NCBI GenBank assembly: GCA_037135035.1
Contig: JBAXLB010000002.1
Location: 71,680 to 135,679 of the forward strand
Direction of reading: 5' to 3'
Source of the DNA: Candidatus Adlerbacteria bacterium
Lineage (GTDB): Bacteria; Patescibacteriota; Minisyncoccia; Phycocordibacterales; SBAW01
DNA length: 64,000 nucleotides
The notes under the pieces were generated by a model. That model saw only the letters and a list, made by a program, of their open reading frames with translations. It was not told the DNA's origin and searched no databases. Shown here one piece after another: positions 42,047 through 50,417 of this stretch. The position numbers were made by a program, and so were the translations under genes. How positions within the stretch are numbered: position 1 is the first letter of the stretch; each line of letters begins with the position of its first letter.

Positions 42047-42598
42047 ATGTCAAAACAAGACTCAACAGTTGGGCGAGCATGGTACGCGATACACACGTAC
42101 GCAGGGTACGAAAATGCCGTTGCCCGCAACCTAAAGCAGCGCATCGACTCGCTTGGCCTTACGGACAAAATTTTTAATGTCGTTGTGCCAACAGAGCGCA
42201 CCGTTAAAATTAAAGGTGGCCGCCGCGTGGAAGAGGAAGAAAAGGTGTACCCAGGGTACGTACTTGTGGACATGATAGTAGACGACCAGTCGTGGTTTGT
42301 TGTCCGCAACACTCCCCGCGTGACAGGGTTCGTCGGCTCGGGTGTTAACCCAGTACCCTTGAAGCAGTCGGAAGTCGACACACTCCTTGGCCGCATGCAG
42401 GAGAAGGAAGGTTCCATTAAACATGCAATTGATGTCACTGTTGGCGACTCAGTTGTCATTGTCGACGGGCCGTTTAAAGAGCTCGACGGCAAAGTAGGTG
42501 AGGTGGACGAAAGCCGCGGCAAGATCAAAGTCCTTGTTTCGATGTTTGGCCGCGAAACCCCTGTCGAGCTCGACTTCTTGCAAGTCAAGAGAATTTAA
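42047..42598 (+). CDS. nusG: Transcription factor NusG
   Basis: WYAIHTYAGYE, YPGYVLV, RNTPRVTGFVG, KOW DGPF, MFGRETPVEL. Confidence 0.97.
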   Translation: MSKQDSTVGRAWYAIHTYAGYENAVARNLKQRIDSLGLTDKIFNVVVPTERTVKIKGGRRVEEEEKVYPGYVLVDMIVDDQSWFVVRNTPRVTGFVGSGVNPVPLKQSEVDTLLGRMQEKEGSIKHAIDVTVGDSVVIVDGPFKELDGKVGEVDESRGKIKVLVSMFGRETPVELDFLQVKRI

Positions 42599-42619
42599 CG
42601 TACTATCCCCATTACCTTT

Positions 42620-43042
42620 ATGGCAAAGAAAATAACTAAAAAACTGAAAATTGTAGCGCCGGCCGGCAAGGCAACCCCTGCGCCTCCGCTTGGTACAACC
42701 CTTGGTCCCGCTGGTATTAACATCGGCGAGTTCGTAAAGAAGTTTAATGAGGCAACTCAGGACCGTTTGGGCAGCTTGGTGCCGGTTGAGATCACCATTT
42801 ACGAAGACCGTTCGTACGACTTTGTACTCAAAACCTCACCAGCCTCAAACCTTATTATGAAGAAGCTCGGCCAGGAAAAAGGCTCGGGCAAACCAAACAC
42901 TGCAAAAATAGGTACACTTACCAAGGCGCAGTTGCGTGAAATTGCAGAAGAAAAGATGTCAGACCTTAACGCCAATGACATTGAAGGCGCAATGAAGATC
43001 ATCGCCGGCTCTGCACGTTCAATGGGCGTAGACGTGAAATAA
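42620..43042 (+). CDS. rplK: 50S ribosomal protein L11
   Basis: [33 protein letters not shown]. Confidence 0.97.
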   Translation: MAKKITKKLKIVAPAGKATPAPPLGTTLGPAGINIGEFVKKFNEATQDRLGSLVPVEITIYEDRSYDFVLKTSPASNLIMKKLGQEKGSGKPNTAKIGTLTKAQLREIAEEKMSDLNANDIEGAMKIIAGSARSMGVDVK

Positions 43043-43226
43043 TTCACGTCTACGAAGCTTTTGAGAGATTTTTGAGTCTCTGCGAAAGAAATCTCCAAAA
43101 GGTGTACTGTTCCTGTAAGGAATGACGTGAATTATTTCACGTCTACGAGCCGGAGACACGACGGTGTCGAGGCGGGCCCGGCGCAATTTTCCAGCAGGAA
43201 AATATGTGTGGGTTGATGTGAAATAA
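43043..43226 (+). repeat. Two tandem structured elements flanked by copies of the rplK 3' end (includes copy D, 43147-43214)
   Basis: 43124-43146 is the exact reverse complement of 43028-43050. Copy D reads GA-GCC-GGA-GACAC GACG GTGTC-GA-GGC-GGGCCCGGCGCAATTTTCC AGCA GGAAAATATGTGTGGGTT, followed by GATGTGAAATAA. Confidence 0.85.
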
Positions 43227-43256
43227 AAAAAGCCGTCCCGAAAGGGGCGGCTTTTG
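43225..43256. terminator. Bidirectional terminator (25 nt identical to 14802-14826)
   Basis: AAAAAAAGCCGTCCC-GAAA-GGGGCGGCTTTTG. Confidence 0.85.
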
Positions 43257-43260
43257 CAAT

Positions 43261-43869
43261 CTAGGACACAGGAACGTCGTGGCGGAACACAACGACGGTG
43301 CGTTTTACTGCGATGTTATTGATACGGTGCAGTACTTGCTGCGGAGAACCTAAAAAACCTGGTCCGCGCATTAAGAGCAAGTCGCCCGGCTCATTGCGGA
43401 TAGGATGAGTGATGGTTCCCACCCTATCCTCGCACGTGCAGAATTGCCCGTTGCCCTCAAGTACCAACAGGGCAATAAGATTTATTACGCTTACTCCGTC
43501 GTAATGAGGTTCGACGCCAACAGGACCAGGGTCGTATGTCTGGACCGACATCTCGGTAAAACAAAGCGGGCGTGACAAGTGATTAGGAAATACGGTTGAA
43601 AACTTATCGTTCAACCATTCCGCTAGCTCGTCTCGAACCTGCAGGAACATACTACCGTCGGGTAACAGCCCCACCATCTTGAGAGCTTGCTTTACTTTGT
43701 GTGGACCCCACTCTGCAGGCTGCCTTACCATCGCATGCTGCGAAAGTTCGAGAAGTAAGTTGCAACGGACATCTGGTTTGAGAAAGTCGGGAACCGTACC
43801 AGCTCCGTACTTTTTAATATCCTCGACGCAGTTCTCCAAAGCACCCGCCCTATCGTTAAAGCTCGACAT
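43261..43869 (-). CDS. 2OG-Fe(II) dioxygenase-like protein
   Basis: VQTY, PHYD (HxD), PGDLLLM, VLH, KRTVVVFR. GGGAGG SD before MSSF. Confidence 0.8.
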   Translation of the reverse strand: MSSFNDRAGALENCVEDIKKYGAGTVPDFLKPDVRCNLLLELSQHAMVRQPAEWGPHKVKQALKMVGLLPDGSMFLQVRDELAEWLNDKFSTVFPNHLSRPLCFTEMSVQTYDPGPVGVEPHYDGVSVINLIALLVLEGNGQFCTCEDRVGTITHPIRNEPGDLLLMRGPGFLGSPQQVLHRINNIAVKRTVVVFRHDVPVS

Positions 43870-44017
43870 CGCTGCCTCCCTGTGGGGAACGTTCTGCCTC
43901 GCACTATACATTTTTTACACATACTGCACAATAGGAACATGATCTAAGTTTGCTCCACCACAAAACGCCGCTCCATATAGGGGTGGCGTTTTGTATTTAC
44001 CGGGTAACTAAAAAAAT

Positions 44018-44371
44018 ATGGATTATATTCATCTCAATAATTTAAAAATTCGCGGCAAGCACGGAGTATATGAAGAGGAACGCAAAGTAGAACAGGAGTT
44101 CGAATTACATTTAAAGCTCGGTGTGGGGGATACCTCTGCTGCTGCACAAAGTTGTGAGCTTACGGATGCCGTCGACTACGTTCCAATAAAAGCAGAAATA
44201 GAAAAGATAGTTAAAGAAAAAAGCTTCTATCTCATCGAAACACTCGCAGACACTATCTCCAAAAAAGTTATGGAAGACCCGCGCATTCAAACCCTCGAAC
44301 TTACCATAAACAAGCCAGAGGTTTGGAGTAATGTCGTACCAGGGCTGACGATTTTTAGGAGCAGAAATTAA
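44018..44371 (+). CDS. folB: Dihydroneopterin aldolase
   Basis: GKHGVYEEERKVEQEF, DAVDY, LIETLA, KP. Confidence 0.9.
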   Translation: MDYIHLNNLKIRGKHGVYEEERKVEQEFELHLKLGVGDTSAAAQSCELTDAVDYVPIKAEIEKIVKEKSFYLIETLADTISKKVMEDPRIQTLELTINKPEVWSNVVPGLTIFRSRN

Positions 44372-44871
44372 TTTCTCTCAAGCGTTACCCAGGAGTACTT
44401 CAACCCTTCGTGTTCGTGAGCTTCTTCTGAAACTTTTTTTGTGAATTCTGTCTCGTATTCAGGGAAAAAAGTATCTGCATCTTGTGCGTCGTCGATGAGT
44501 GTTAAGTAGAGCCGGTCGACATGGGGGAGCGCTTGTTTGTACAAGTCCGAGCCGCCACCGATATGAATTTCTTCTCCATCAAGCTCGCGGGCTTTTGCGA
44601 GTGCATCTTCAAGAGAGTGAAATACAAGAACGCCTTCATGCTGCCAGTCCGGGTCGCGTGTCACAACAATATTTGTCCGGCCAGGCAAGGGCTTACCCCG
44701 TATCTGCAGAATAGAGTCAAATGTTTTGCGCCCCATGATAACAGGGTGGCCTAAGGTAAGGGCTTTAAAACGTTTCAAGTCTTCTGGGATATACCAGAGT
44801 AGCTTGCCGTTTTTCCCAATCTCTCGGTTTTTACCAATAGCGACAACGATAGAAACGTGGGGTTTTTGCAT
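44368..44871 (-). CDS. folA: Dihydrofolate reductase
   Basis: IGKNGKLLWYIPEDLKRFK, IMGRKTF, PLPGRTNIVVTR, IGG, DTFFP. Confidence 0.95.
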   Translation of the reverse strand: MQKPHVSIVVAIGKNREIGKNGKLLWYIPEDLKRFKALTLGHPVIMGRKTFDSILQIRGKPLPGRTNIVVTRDPDWQHEGVLVFHSLEDALAKARELDGEEIHIGGGSDLYKQALPHVDRLYLTLIDDAQDADTFFPEYETEFTKKVSEEAHEHEGLKYSWVTLERN

Positions 44872-44900
44872 AGTCCGCTTTAGTGTACACTAGTCGCATC

Positions 44901-45434
44901 ATGCAAGCCCCAAACAAAAAAGTTGTAAAGAATGTTAAAGATTTAAAGGAAAAAATTACAGCCCATAAGACACTTGGGCATAAAATTGTCTGCACTATTG
45001 GTTCATGGGATATGTTACATATTGGCCACCTTCGGTATCTCAATGCAGCAAAGGCAAAGGGGGACATTCTTGTGGTGGGGGTAGACAGCGACCGCGGTAT
45101 AAAGTCATACAAAGGTCCATTGCGCCCGATAATTCCTGAAGATGAACGTATGGAAATGTTGTCGTATCAAGACTGTGTTGACTATGTAACTCTTACCGAC
45201 GACATAGATAGCAAGGGCAGATGGCAGTATGAAATTTTAAAGACTCTTCCGATCGATGTTTTTATTGCAGTTGATGGAAATAGTTACACTGCAGAACAAA
45301 AAAGAACAATAAAGAAATATACAAAACTCGAAGTCTTGCCCCGCCAAGCTCTTAAGACCTCTTCGACAGATATTATCCAAAATGTACTCAAAAATCATTT
45401 GATAGATAAAGTTGGAAGTTTTAAGAAACGCTAA
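44901..45434 (+). CDS. Cytidylyltransferase-like (HIGH) nucleotidyltransferase
   Basis: GSWDMLHIGHLRYL, LVVGVDSD, RPII, ERME, VDYV, SSTDII (TagD/RfaE-type fold). Confidence 0.88.
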   Translation: MQAPNKKVVKNVKDLKEKITAHKTLGHKIVCTIGSWDMLHIGHLRYLNAAKAKGDILVVGVDSDRGIKSYKGPLRPIIPEDERMEMLSYQDCVDYVTLTDDIDSKGRWQYEILKTLPIDVFIAVDGNSYTAEQKRTIKKYTKLEVLPRQALKTSSTDIIQNVLKNHLIDKVGSFKKR

Positions 45435-46255
45435 TGGTACGGAATTTAATTTTATATGTTCCGGTCATACATCGGGGGTATATAGATCTTTTTGCTACTC
45501 ATAAAGATGAGATTGGTAGTATCTATCTACTTCCTGACTCATTTACCGAACTTGTTGCTTTAAAACCTGACATTGCGTCTCTCCCAGCAGAGTCAGTTGC
45601 AGCTCTTCTTAATTCCTTTGGATTTAAAACTGTATCAGTCTTTAAAGAATCGGATATTTCTAAATTAGCTGGAGAACCACTAATGCTTATTAATGACCAA
45701 CTTTCGCGTGCTTTAGCTGCTAAATTTTTCCTGCATAGTGACTTGAAATGGGCAGATGTTTTTTTGCGCTGGGACCGCGATTCTGTATTTACCGAGGAAG
45801 ATATCAATATTTCAGTTTCTAAAGATAGTTTTGATGTGCAAACGATCCAACAAGCTCAAATAGAAGCAAAAAAAAGTTCTGACTGGTGGCGGCAAGTAGG
45901 AGCCGTATTAGTAAAAAATTCTGAAATTGTAGATAGGGCATTTAATGAAGCGATGTTTTCTGACCATTCTCCATATCAGCGGGGGGCCGTTAGAGACTCG
46001 CTCCAGCCAGGCGAGCGTCCGGAACTCTCAGATACAATCCACGCCGAACAAAAAATTATTGCAAATGCAGCTAAAAATGGGGTTTCTTTGGAGGGGGCAT
46101 CTCTGTATGTAACACATTTCCCATGCCCTGTATGTGCAAAGCTTATAGTGCATTCAGGTATCAAGAACTGTTATTTTTTACAGGGTTCTTCCTCACTGAA
46201 AGGTAGGGAATTATTAGAAAACGCCGGTGTTAATTTGGCTAGAATAGGACTCTAA
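45434..46255 (+). CDS. dCMP deaminase-like zinc deaminase with extra N-terminal domain
   Basis: RQVGAVLV, IHAEQ, LYVTHFPCPVCAKLI; N-terminal YVPVIHRGY. Confidence 0.85.
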   Translation: MVRNLILYVPVIHRGYIDLFATHKDEIGSIYLLPDSFTELVALKPDIASLPAESVAALLNSFGFKTVSVFKESDISKLAGEPLMLINDQLSRALAAKFFLHSDLKWADVFLRWDRDSVFTEEDINISVSKDSFDVQTIQQAQIEAKKSSDWWRQVGAVLVKNSEIVDRAFNEAMFSDHSPYQRGAVRDSLQPGERPELSDTIHAEQKIIANAAKNGVSLEGASLYVTHFPCPVCAKLIVHSGIKNCYFLQGSSSLKGRELLENAGVNLARIGL

Positions 46256-46264
46256 GAGTAAAAT

Positions 46265-47101
46265 ATGTTTATGCACCCCGAACAACAATATCTCGATCTA
46301 TTGAAAAACGTGCTTGATAACGGCCAGGGTAAGAGTGATCCGCACGGGGTAGGGAGTATCGCTGTGCTAGGGAGCATGTCACGCTATAACTTAGATGATG
46401 GATTTCCACTTCTCACAACAAAAAAACTTTCCTTTAAGTTTATTGTTCATGAATTGTTGTGGTTCTTGAGCGGCGAAAGCAGAACTGATTATTTGAGGGC
46501 AAATGGCGTTACTATTTGGGATGAATGGGCAACAAAAGAAAATGCTGCTAAGTATGGTTTAGAAGAAGGTGATCTCGGGCCAATCTATGGTCCCCAATGG
46601 CGTCATTGGAAAACCACGACTGGCGGTGAGATAGACCAAATTCAAAGATTAGTTGACGGACTTAAAGAGCACCCAGACTGGCGTCGCCATATGGTTACAG
46701 CGTGGAACCCAGAGTTTGTGGACAGCGTGTTTGTTGCACCGTGTCACGGTATTTTTAAGTGTTTCGCTGTGAATGGAGAACTCTCACTCCATATGTTTCA
46801 GCGTAGCGCAGATGTATTTTTGGGAGTCCCATACAATATTGCGTCGTATTCGCTTTTGCTTATGATGATTGCTCAAGTGACTGGCATGAAAGCAAAAGAG
46901 TTTGTGCACACAACTTCCGATACTCATATCTACAACAACCACTTTGAACAAGCTCGAGAGCAATTAACTCGCCAACCTCTTCCGTTTCCGCGGGTTACTC
47001 TTAACCCTGATATAAAAAATATCTTCGACTTTAAATTCGAAGATTTTACGTTGCACGACTATCAAGCCCATGGAAGCATCAAAGCTCCTATTGCAGTTTA
47101 G
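46265..47101 (+). CDS. thyA: Thymidylate synthase
   Basis: FPLLTTKK, ELLWFL, IWDEW, GPIYGPQWR, APCH, QRSAD, GVPYN, HIYNNH. Confidence 0.96.
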   Translation: MFMHPEQQYLDLLKNVLDNGQGKSDPHGVGSIAVLGSMSRYNLDDGFPLLTTKKLSFKFIVHELLWFLSGESRTDYLRANGVTIWDEWATKENAAKYGLEEGDLGPIYGPQWRHWKTTTGGEIDQIQRLVDGLKEHPDWRRHMVTAWNPEFVDSVFVAPCHGIFKCFAVNGELSLHMFQRSADVFLGVPYNIASYSLLLMMIAQVTGMKAKEFVHTTSDTHIYNNHFEQAREQLTRQPLPFPRVTLNPDIKNIFDFKFEDFTLHDYQAHGSIKAPIAV

Positions 47102-47550
47102 CCAATAGGGAAGTTTACAGTTTCAGCTATTCCTTTTTTGTTTAGTTGAGGGGAAATCAAATGAGCGTGTAGATGTGCAACTGTTGCGCCTGTGTAGTCA
47201 GTATCGCCAAAGCGCATATTGAGGGCTCCTCCTTTGAGATCGAATTTTTTAACCGCCCATTTACTTAACTCTAATATCTCCTTGATATCGCTCGTGGAAA
47301 GTTGGACAAGTTTCTCCTTATGTTTTAGAGAAATAATAATAAAGTGTTTCTGGGTATTTTTATACGGCCAACTATTTTCGGTAAGAATCCATCCACGACC
47401 CTTCTTCAATATTGGATGTTTATGATAACGAAAATTTTCTGGGCAGAAAGGACAAAGTTTTGTATCAGCTATTGCGCCAATAACAGCCTTATATTCTGGA
47501 CTTTTTGCAAAGCGCGGATTTACTACGCGAGTGCCTTTTTTAACCGTCAT
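47098..47550 (-). CDS. HIT family nucleotide hydrolase
   Basis: CPFC, NSWPY, TVAHLHAHL. Confidence 0.88.
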   Translation of the reverse strand: MTVKKGTRVVNPRFAKSPEYKAVIGAIADTKLCPFCPENFRYHKHPILKKGRGWILTENSWPYKNTQKHFIIISLKHKEKLVQLSTSDIKEILELSKWAVKKFDLKGGALNMRFGDTDYTGATVAHLHAHLISPQLNKKGIAETVNFPIG

Positions 47551-47596
47551 AGAGGGTATAATAGCGTAAAACAACTCTAATGCTACAATCTGGGAC

Positions 47597-47932
47597 ATGG
47601 AATTCGACGAATACCAAAAGCTTGCTGCCCGGACGGCTGTGTTTAATAAGCAAGACAGCGACTATATCCTGATGTATCTCTCCATGGGCATAGCGGGCGA
47701 AAGTGGTGAAGTGGTAGAAAAGGTAAAACATATTATCCGCGACGCGGGCGGGGTCGTAAGTGAAGAAAAACGAGAAGGGATAAAGAAAGAAATTGGGGAT
47801 GTACTGTGGTACCTCTCACAATTAGCAAAAGAATTAAATCTTTCGTTCGGCGATATTGCAGATGCTAATATTAAGAAGCTTGCGAGCCGACAGGAGCGCA
47901 ATGTACTCAAGAGCGAAGGCGACAATCGATAA
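47597..47932 (+). CDS. MazG-like all-alpha NTP pyrophosphohydrolase
   Basis: EYQKLA, GIAGESGEV, EIGDVLWYL, NIKKLASR, GDNR. Confidence 0.9.
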   Translation: MEFDEYQKLAARTAVFNKQDSDYILMYLSMGIAGESGEVVEKVKHIIRDAGGVVSEEKREGIKKEIGDVLWYLSQLAKELNLSFGDIADANIKKLASRQERNVLKSEGDNR

Positions 47933-47988
47933 ATTTCTATGATCTAAGTTTCTGACAATTCTTTTTTACTGATTAACTAGTCATCACT

Positions 47989-49293
47989 ATGGATTCTTAC
48001 GACTTTATAAAAAAACAAGACAGCGAAGTATTTGCAACATTGGAGGGAGAAGAGACACGTGAGAGGGAAGGGCTCGAACTTATCCCTTCGGAAAACTACG
48101 TTTCAAAAGCAGTGCGTGAAGCAAACGGTTCGGTATTCACTAACAAATATTCGGAAGGGTATCCGGGCAAGCGCTACTACGGCGGGCAGACATACACCGA
48201 CCACGTTGAACTTATTGCTATTGACCGCGCTAAAAAACTCTTTGGCTGCGACCATGCAAACGTGCAGCCTTTAGGTGGTGCAAACGCAAACATTGGTGCA
48301 TATTTTGCATGGCTTGAACCGGGCGACACAGTACTTGGTATGGACCTGTCGCATGGGGGGCATTTGACCCACGGCCACCCGGTTACCTACATGTCGAAGT
48401 TGTTTAACTTTGTTCGCTACAAAATGAAAGACCCCGAGACCGGCGAAATTGACTACGACGAAATGCGCGAAGTCGCAAAGCGTGAAAAACCAAAATTAAT
48501 TCTTGCTGGCTACTCGGGCTATTCGCGCGAGCTCGACTACAAAATAATAGGTGAAATAGCAAAAGAAGTGGGCGCCGTTGCTATGGCTGACATGGCGCAT
48601 GTGGCGGGGCTTATTGCTGGCGGGGTACACAAAAACCCGTTTGACTACGGCTTCCAGATTGTGACGACAACCACACACAAAACACTACGTGGGCCGCGTG
48701 GCGGGATGATTATGTCAAAAGGCATTGTGTCTAACCCGATGAAGGCGCCGGAAAAAACGATAGAAAATTTGCCAACACTTATTGACCGCGCTGTGTTCCC
48801 GGGTTTGCAGGGTGGCCCACACATGAACACGACAGCAGCAAAAGCAATTGCGTTTGGCGAAGCGTTGCATCCGTCGTTTAAAACATATGCGGCGCAGATC
48901 CTTAAAAATGCAAAAGCAATGGAGGAAGTCTTCCGGAACAGGGGGGTCCGTATGCTCGGCGGCGGCACTAGTAACCACCTCATACTCGCCGATGTGTTTG
49001 GAAGTTTGGGTGTGCCAGGTAAAGAAGCTGAAGAGGTGTTAGACCGGGTTGGTATTACGCTAAACAAAAACAGCATTGCCGATGACACACGACCGCCGTT
49101 TAACCCGTCGGGCATCCGCTTGGGTACACCGGCCATTACAACGCGCAAGTTGATGGAGGCAGAAAGTGCTCGTGTTGCAGAGCTGATGCTCGACGCACTG
49201 CGTGACCGGGCCGACCAAAGCAAGCTCGACAGCATACATGCAGAGATAAAAGAGCTGTGCGGCAAATTCCCTATACCGGACTCCTTCGTGTAA
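47989..49293 (+). CDS. glyA: Serine hydroxymethyltransferase
   Basis: LELIPSEN, NKYSEGYPGKRYYGG, GGHLTHG, TTTHKTLRGPRGG, SGIRLGT. Confidence 0.97.
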   Translation: MDSYDFIKKQDSEVFATLEGEETREREGLELIPSENYVSKAVREANGSVFTNKYSEGYPGKRYYGGQTYTDHVELIAIDRAKKLFGCDHANVQPLGGANANIGAYFAWLEPGDTVLGMDLSHGGHLTHGHPVTYMSKLFNFVRYKMKDPETGEIDYDEMREVAKREKPKLILAGYSGYSRELDYKIIGEIAKEVGAVAMADMAHVAGLIAGGVHKNPFDYGFQIVTTTTHKTLRGPRGGMIMSKGIVSNPMKAPEKTIENLPTLIDRAVFPGLQGGPHMNTTAAKAIAFGEALHPSFKTYAAQILKNAKAMEEVFRNRGVRMLGGGTSNHLILADVFGSLGVPGKEAEEVLDRVGITLNKNSIADDTRPPFNPSGIRLGTPAITTRKLMEAESARVAELMLDALRDRADQSKLDSIHAEIKELCGKFPIPDSFV

Positions 49294-49302
49294 AGTATAG
49301 GC

Positions 49303-50400
49303 ATGGCACGCCTCAATAGACTGGTAGAACTCTGGAGCCGATACGAAAAGCGCTTGGCGGCCGTTACCGTCCTGTGTGGTTTTACGTTTGACCTGATTCT
49401 TGCCAAGCGCCCAGACAGTATCCCGGATAATATTCTCCTGCTTTTTTACCTGTCTACTGCTGCGACAATAATTATTTTTTTGAACCGCCGCAGTATGGAA
49501 GAGGCCACAGGCGACAAAAAAGTAGAACCGCTCTTTTTGCTGCTCGTGCTCCAGTTTTGTTTTGGAGGGTTGGCAAGTAACTTGCTTATCCTCTACGGTA
49601 AGAGCGGCTCGTTCGGAGGCAGTGTATTTTTCTTGGCACTGTTGGTGTGTTTGCTTGTTGGTAACGAACTGCTCAAAAGCCGCTACGCGCAGCTGCGCTT
49701 TAATATCGCGGTGTATTACTTTTTGCTGCTGACGTACATAGTTATCGCATTGCCAACCTTTGTTTTACACACAATAGGTACAAGCACATTTTTGATAAGC
49801 ACTGCGGTAAGTCTTGCTGTTATGGCTGGCGTACTGTCGCTGCTTAGAATATTTGCACTGCGGGGACCCGACAAAAAACGCCAACTATGGGAAATGCGCG
49901 CAGTTATTGTCGCAATATTTACGGTGTTTAATATATTTTATTTTTTAAACGTTATACCGCCGGTGCCGCTTTCGCTTAAAAGTGCAGGAATTTACCATTC
50001 CGTAACGCGCACCAGCACAGGCGACTACGCAGGAGTGTATGAAAAAAAGAAGTGGTACGAATTTTGGCGCGACACTGCCGACACCTACACCGCAGCAGTA
50101 GGGAGCCCTGCGTACTGTTTTAGTGCGGTGTTTGCGCCGGGCGACTTGTCGACCCCGGTGGTACATGTGTGGGAATATTTTGATGTACCAAGCAACAACT
50201 GGCAGCAAATTTCGCGTGTGCAGTTTCCTATAAACGGCGGTAGAGCAGAAGGGTACCGAGGCTTTAGCATTACAGAAGCATTGAGGCCGGGGGATTGGCG
50301 CTGCATGGTAGAGACAACAAAAGGTCAAATTATTGGAAGCATCACATTTACGGCAGTCATTTCCAGCAGTACTCCGGCACTTTCCACAACCACCCTCTAG
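49303..50400 (+). CDS. DUF2914-like membrane protein
   Basis: Multiple TMs, IPPVPLSLK, YCFSAVFAP, GGRAEGYRG, GDWRCMVET. Confidence 0.8.
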   Translation: MARLNRLVELWSRYEKRLAAVTVLCGFTFDLILAKRPDSIPDNILLLFYLSTAATIIIFLNRRSMEEATGDKKVEPLFLLLVLQFCFGGLASNLLILYGKSGSFGGSVFFLALLVCLLVGNELLKSRYAQLRFNIAVYYFLLLTYIVIALPTFVLHTIGTSTFLISTAVSLAVMAGVLSLLRIFALRGPDKKRQLWEMRAVIVAIFTVFNIFYFLNVIPPVPLSLKSAGIYHSVTRTSTGDYAGVYEKKKWYEFWRDTADTYTAAVGSPAYCFSAVFAPGDLSTPVVHVWEYFDVPSNNWQQISRVQFPINGGRAEGYRGFSITEALRPGDWRCMVETTKGQIIGSITFTAVISSSTPALSTTTL

Positions 50401-50417
50401 CTGCTACTGTATGCAGT

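Noticed and set aside
45434-46255. Deaminase as TadA
   Set aside because: VTHFPC..CAKLI and the thyA context fit the dCMP deaminase family; tRNA-Arg(GCG) needs no inosine.
46265-47101. ThyA as a phage-type dCMP hydroxymethylase (modified-base pathway)
   Set aside because: It retains the dUMP-specifying Asn (GVPYN) and canonical ThyA motifs, and sits next to folA and glyA.
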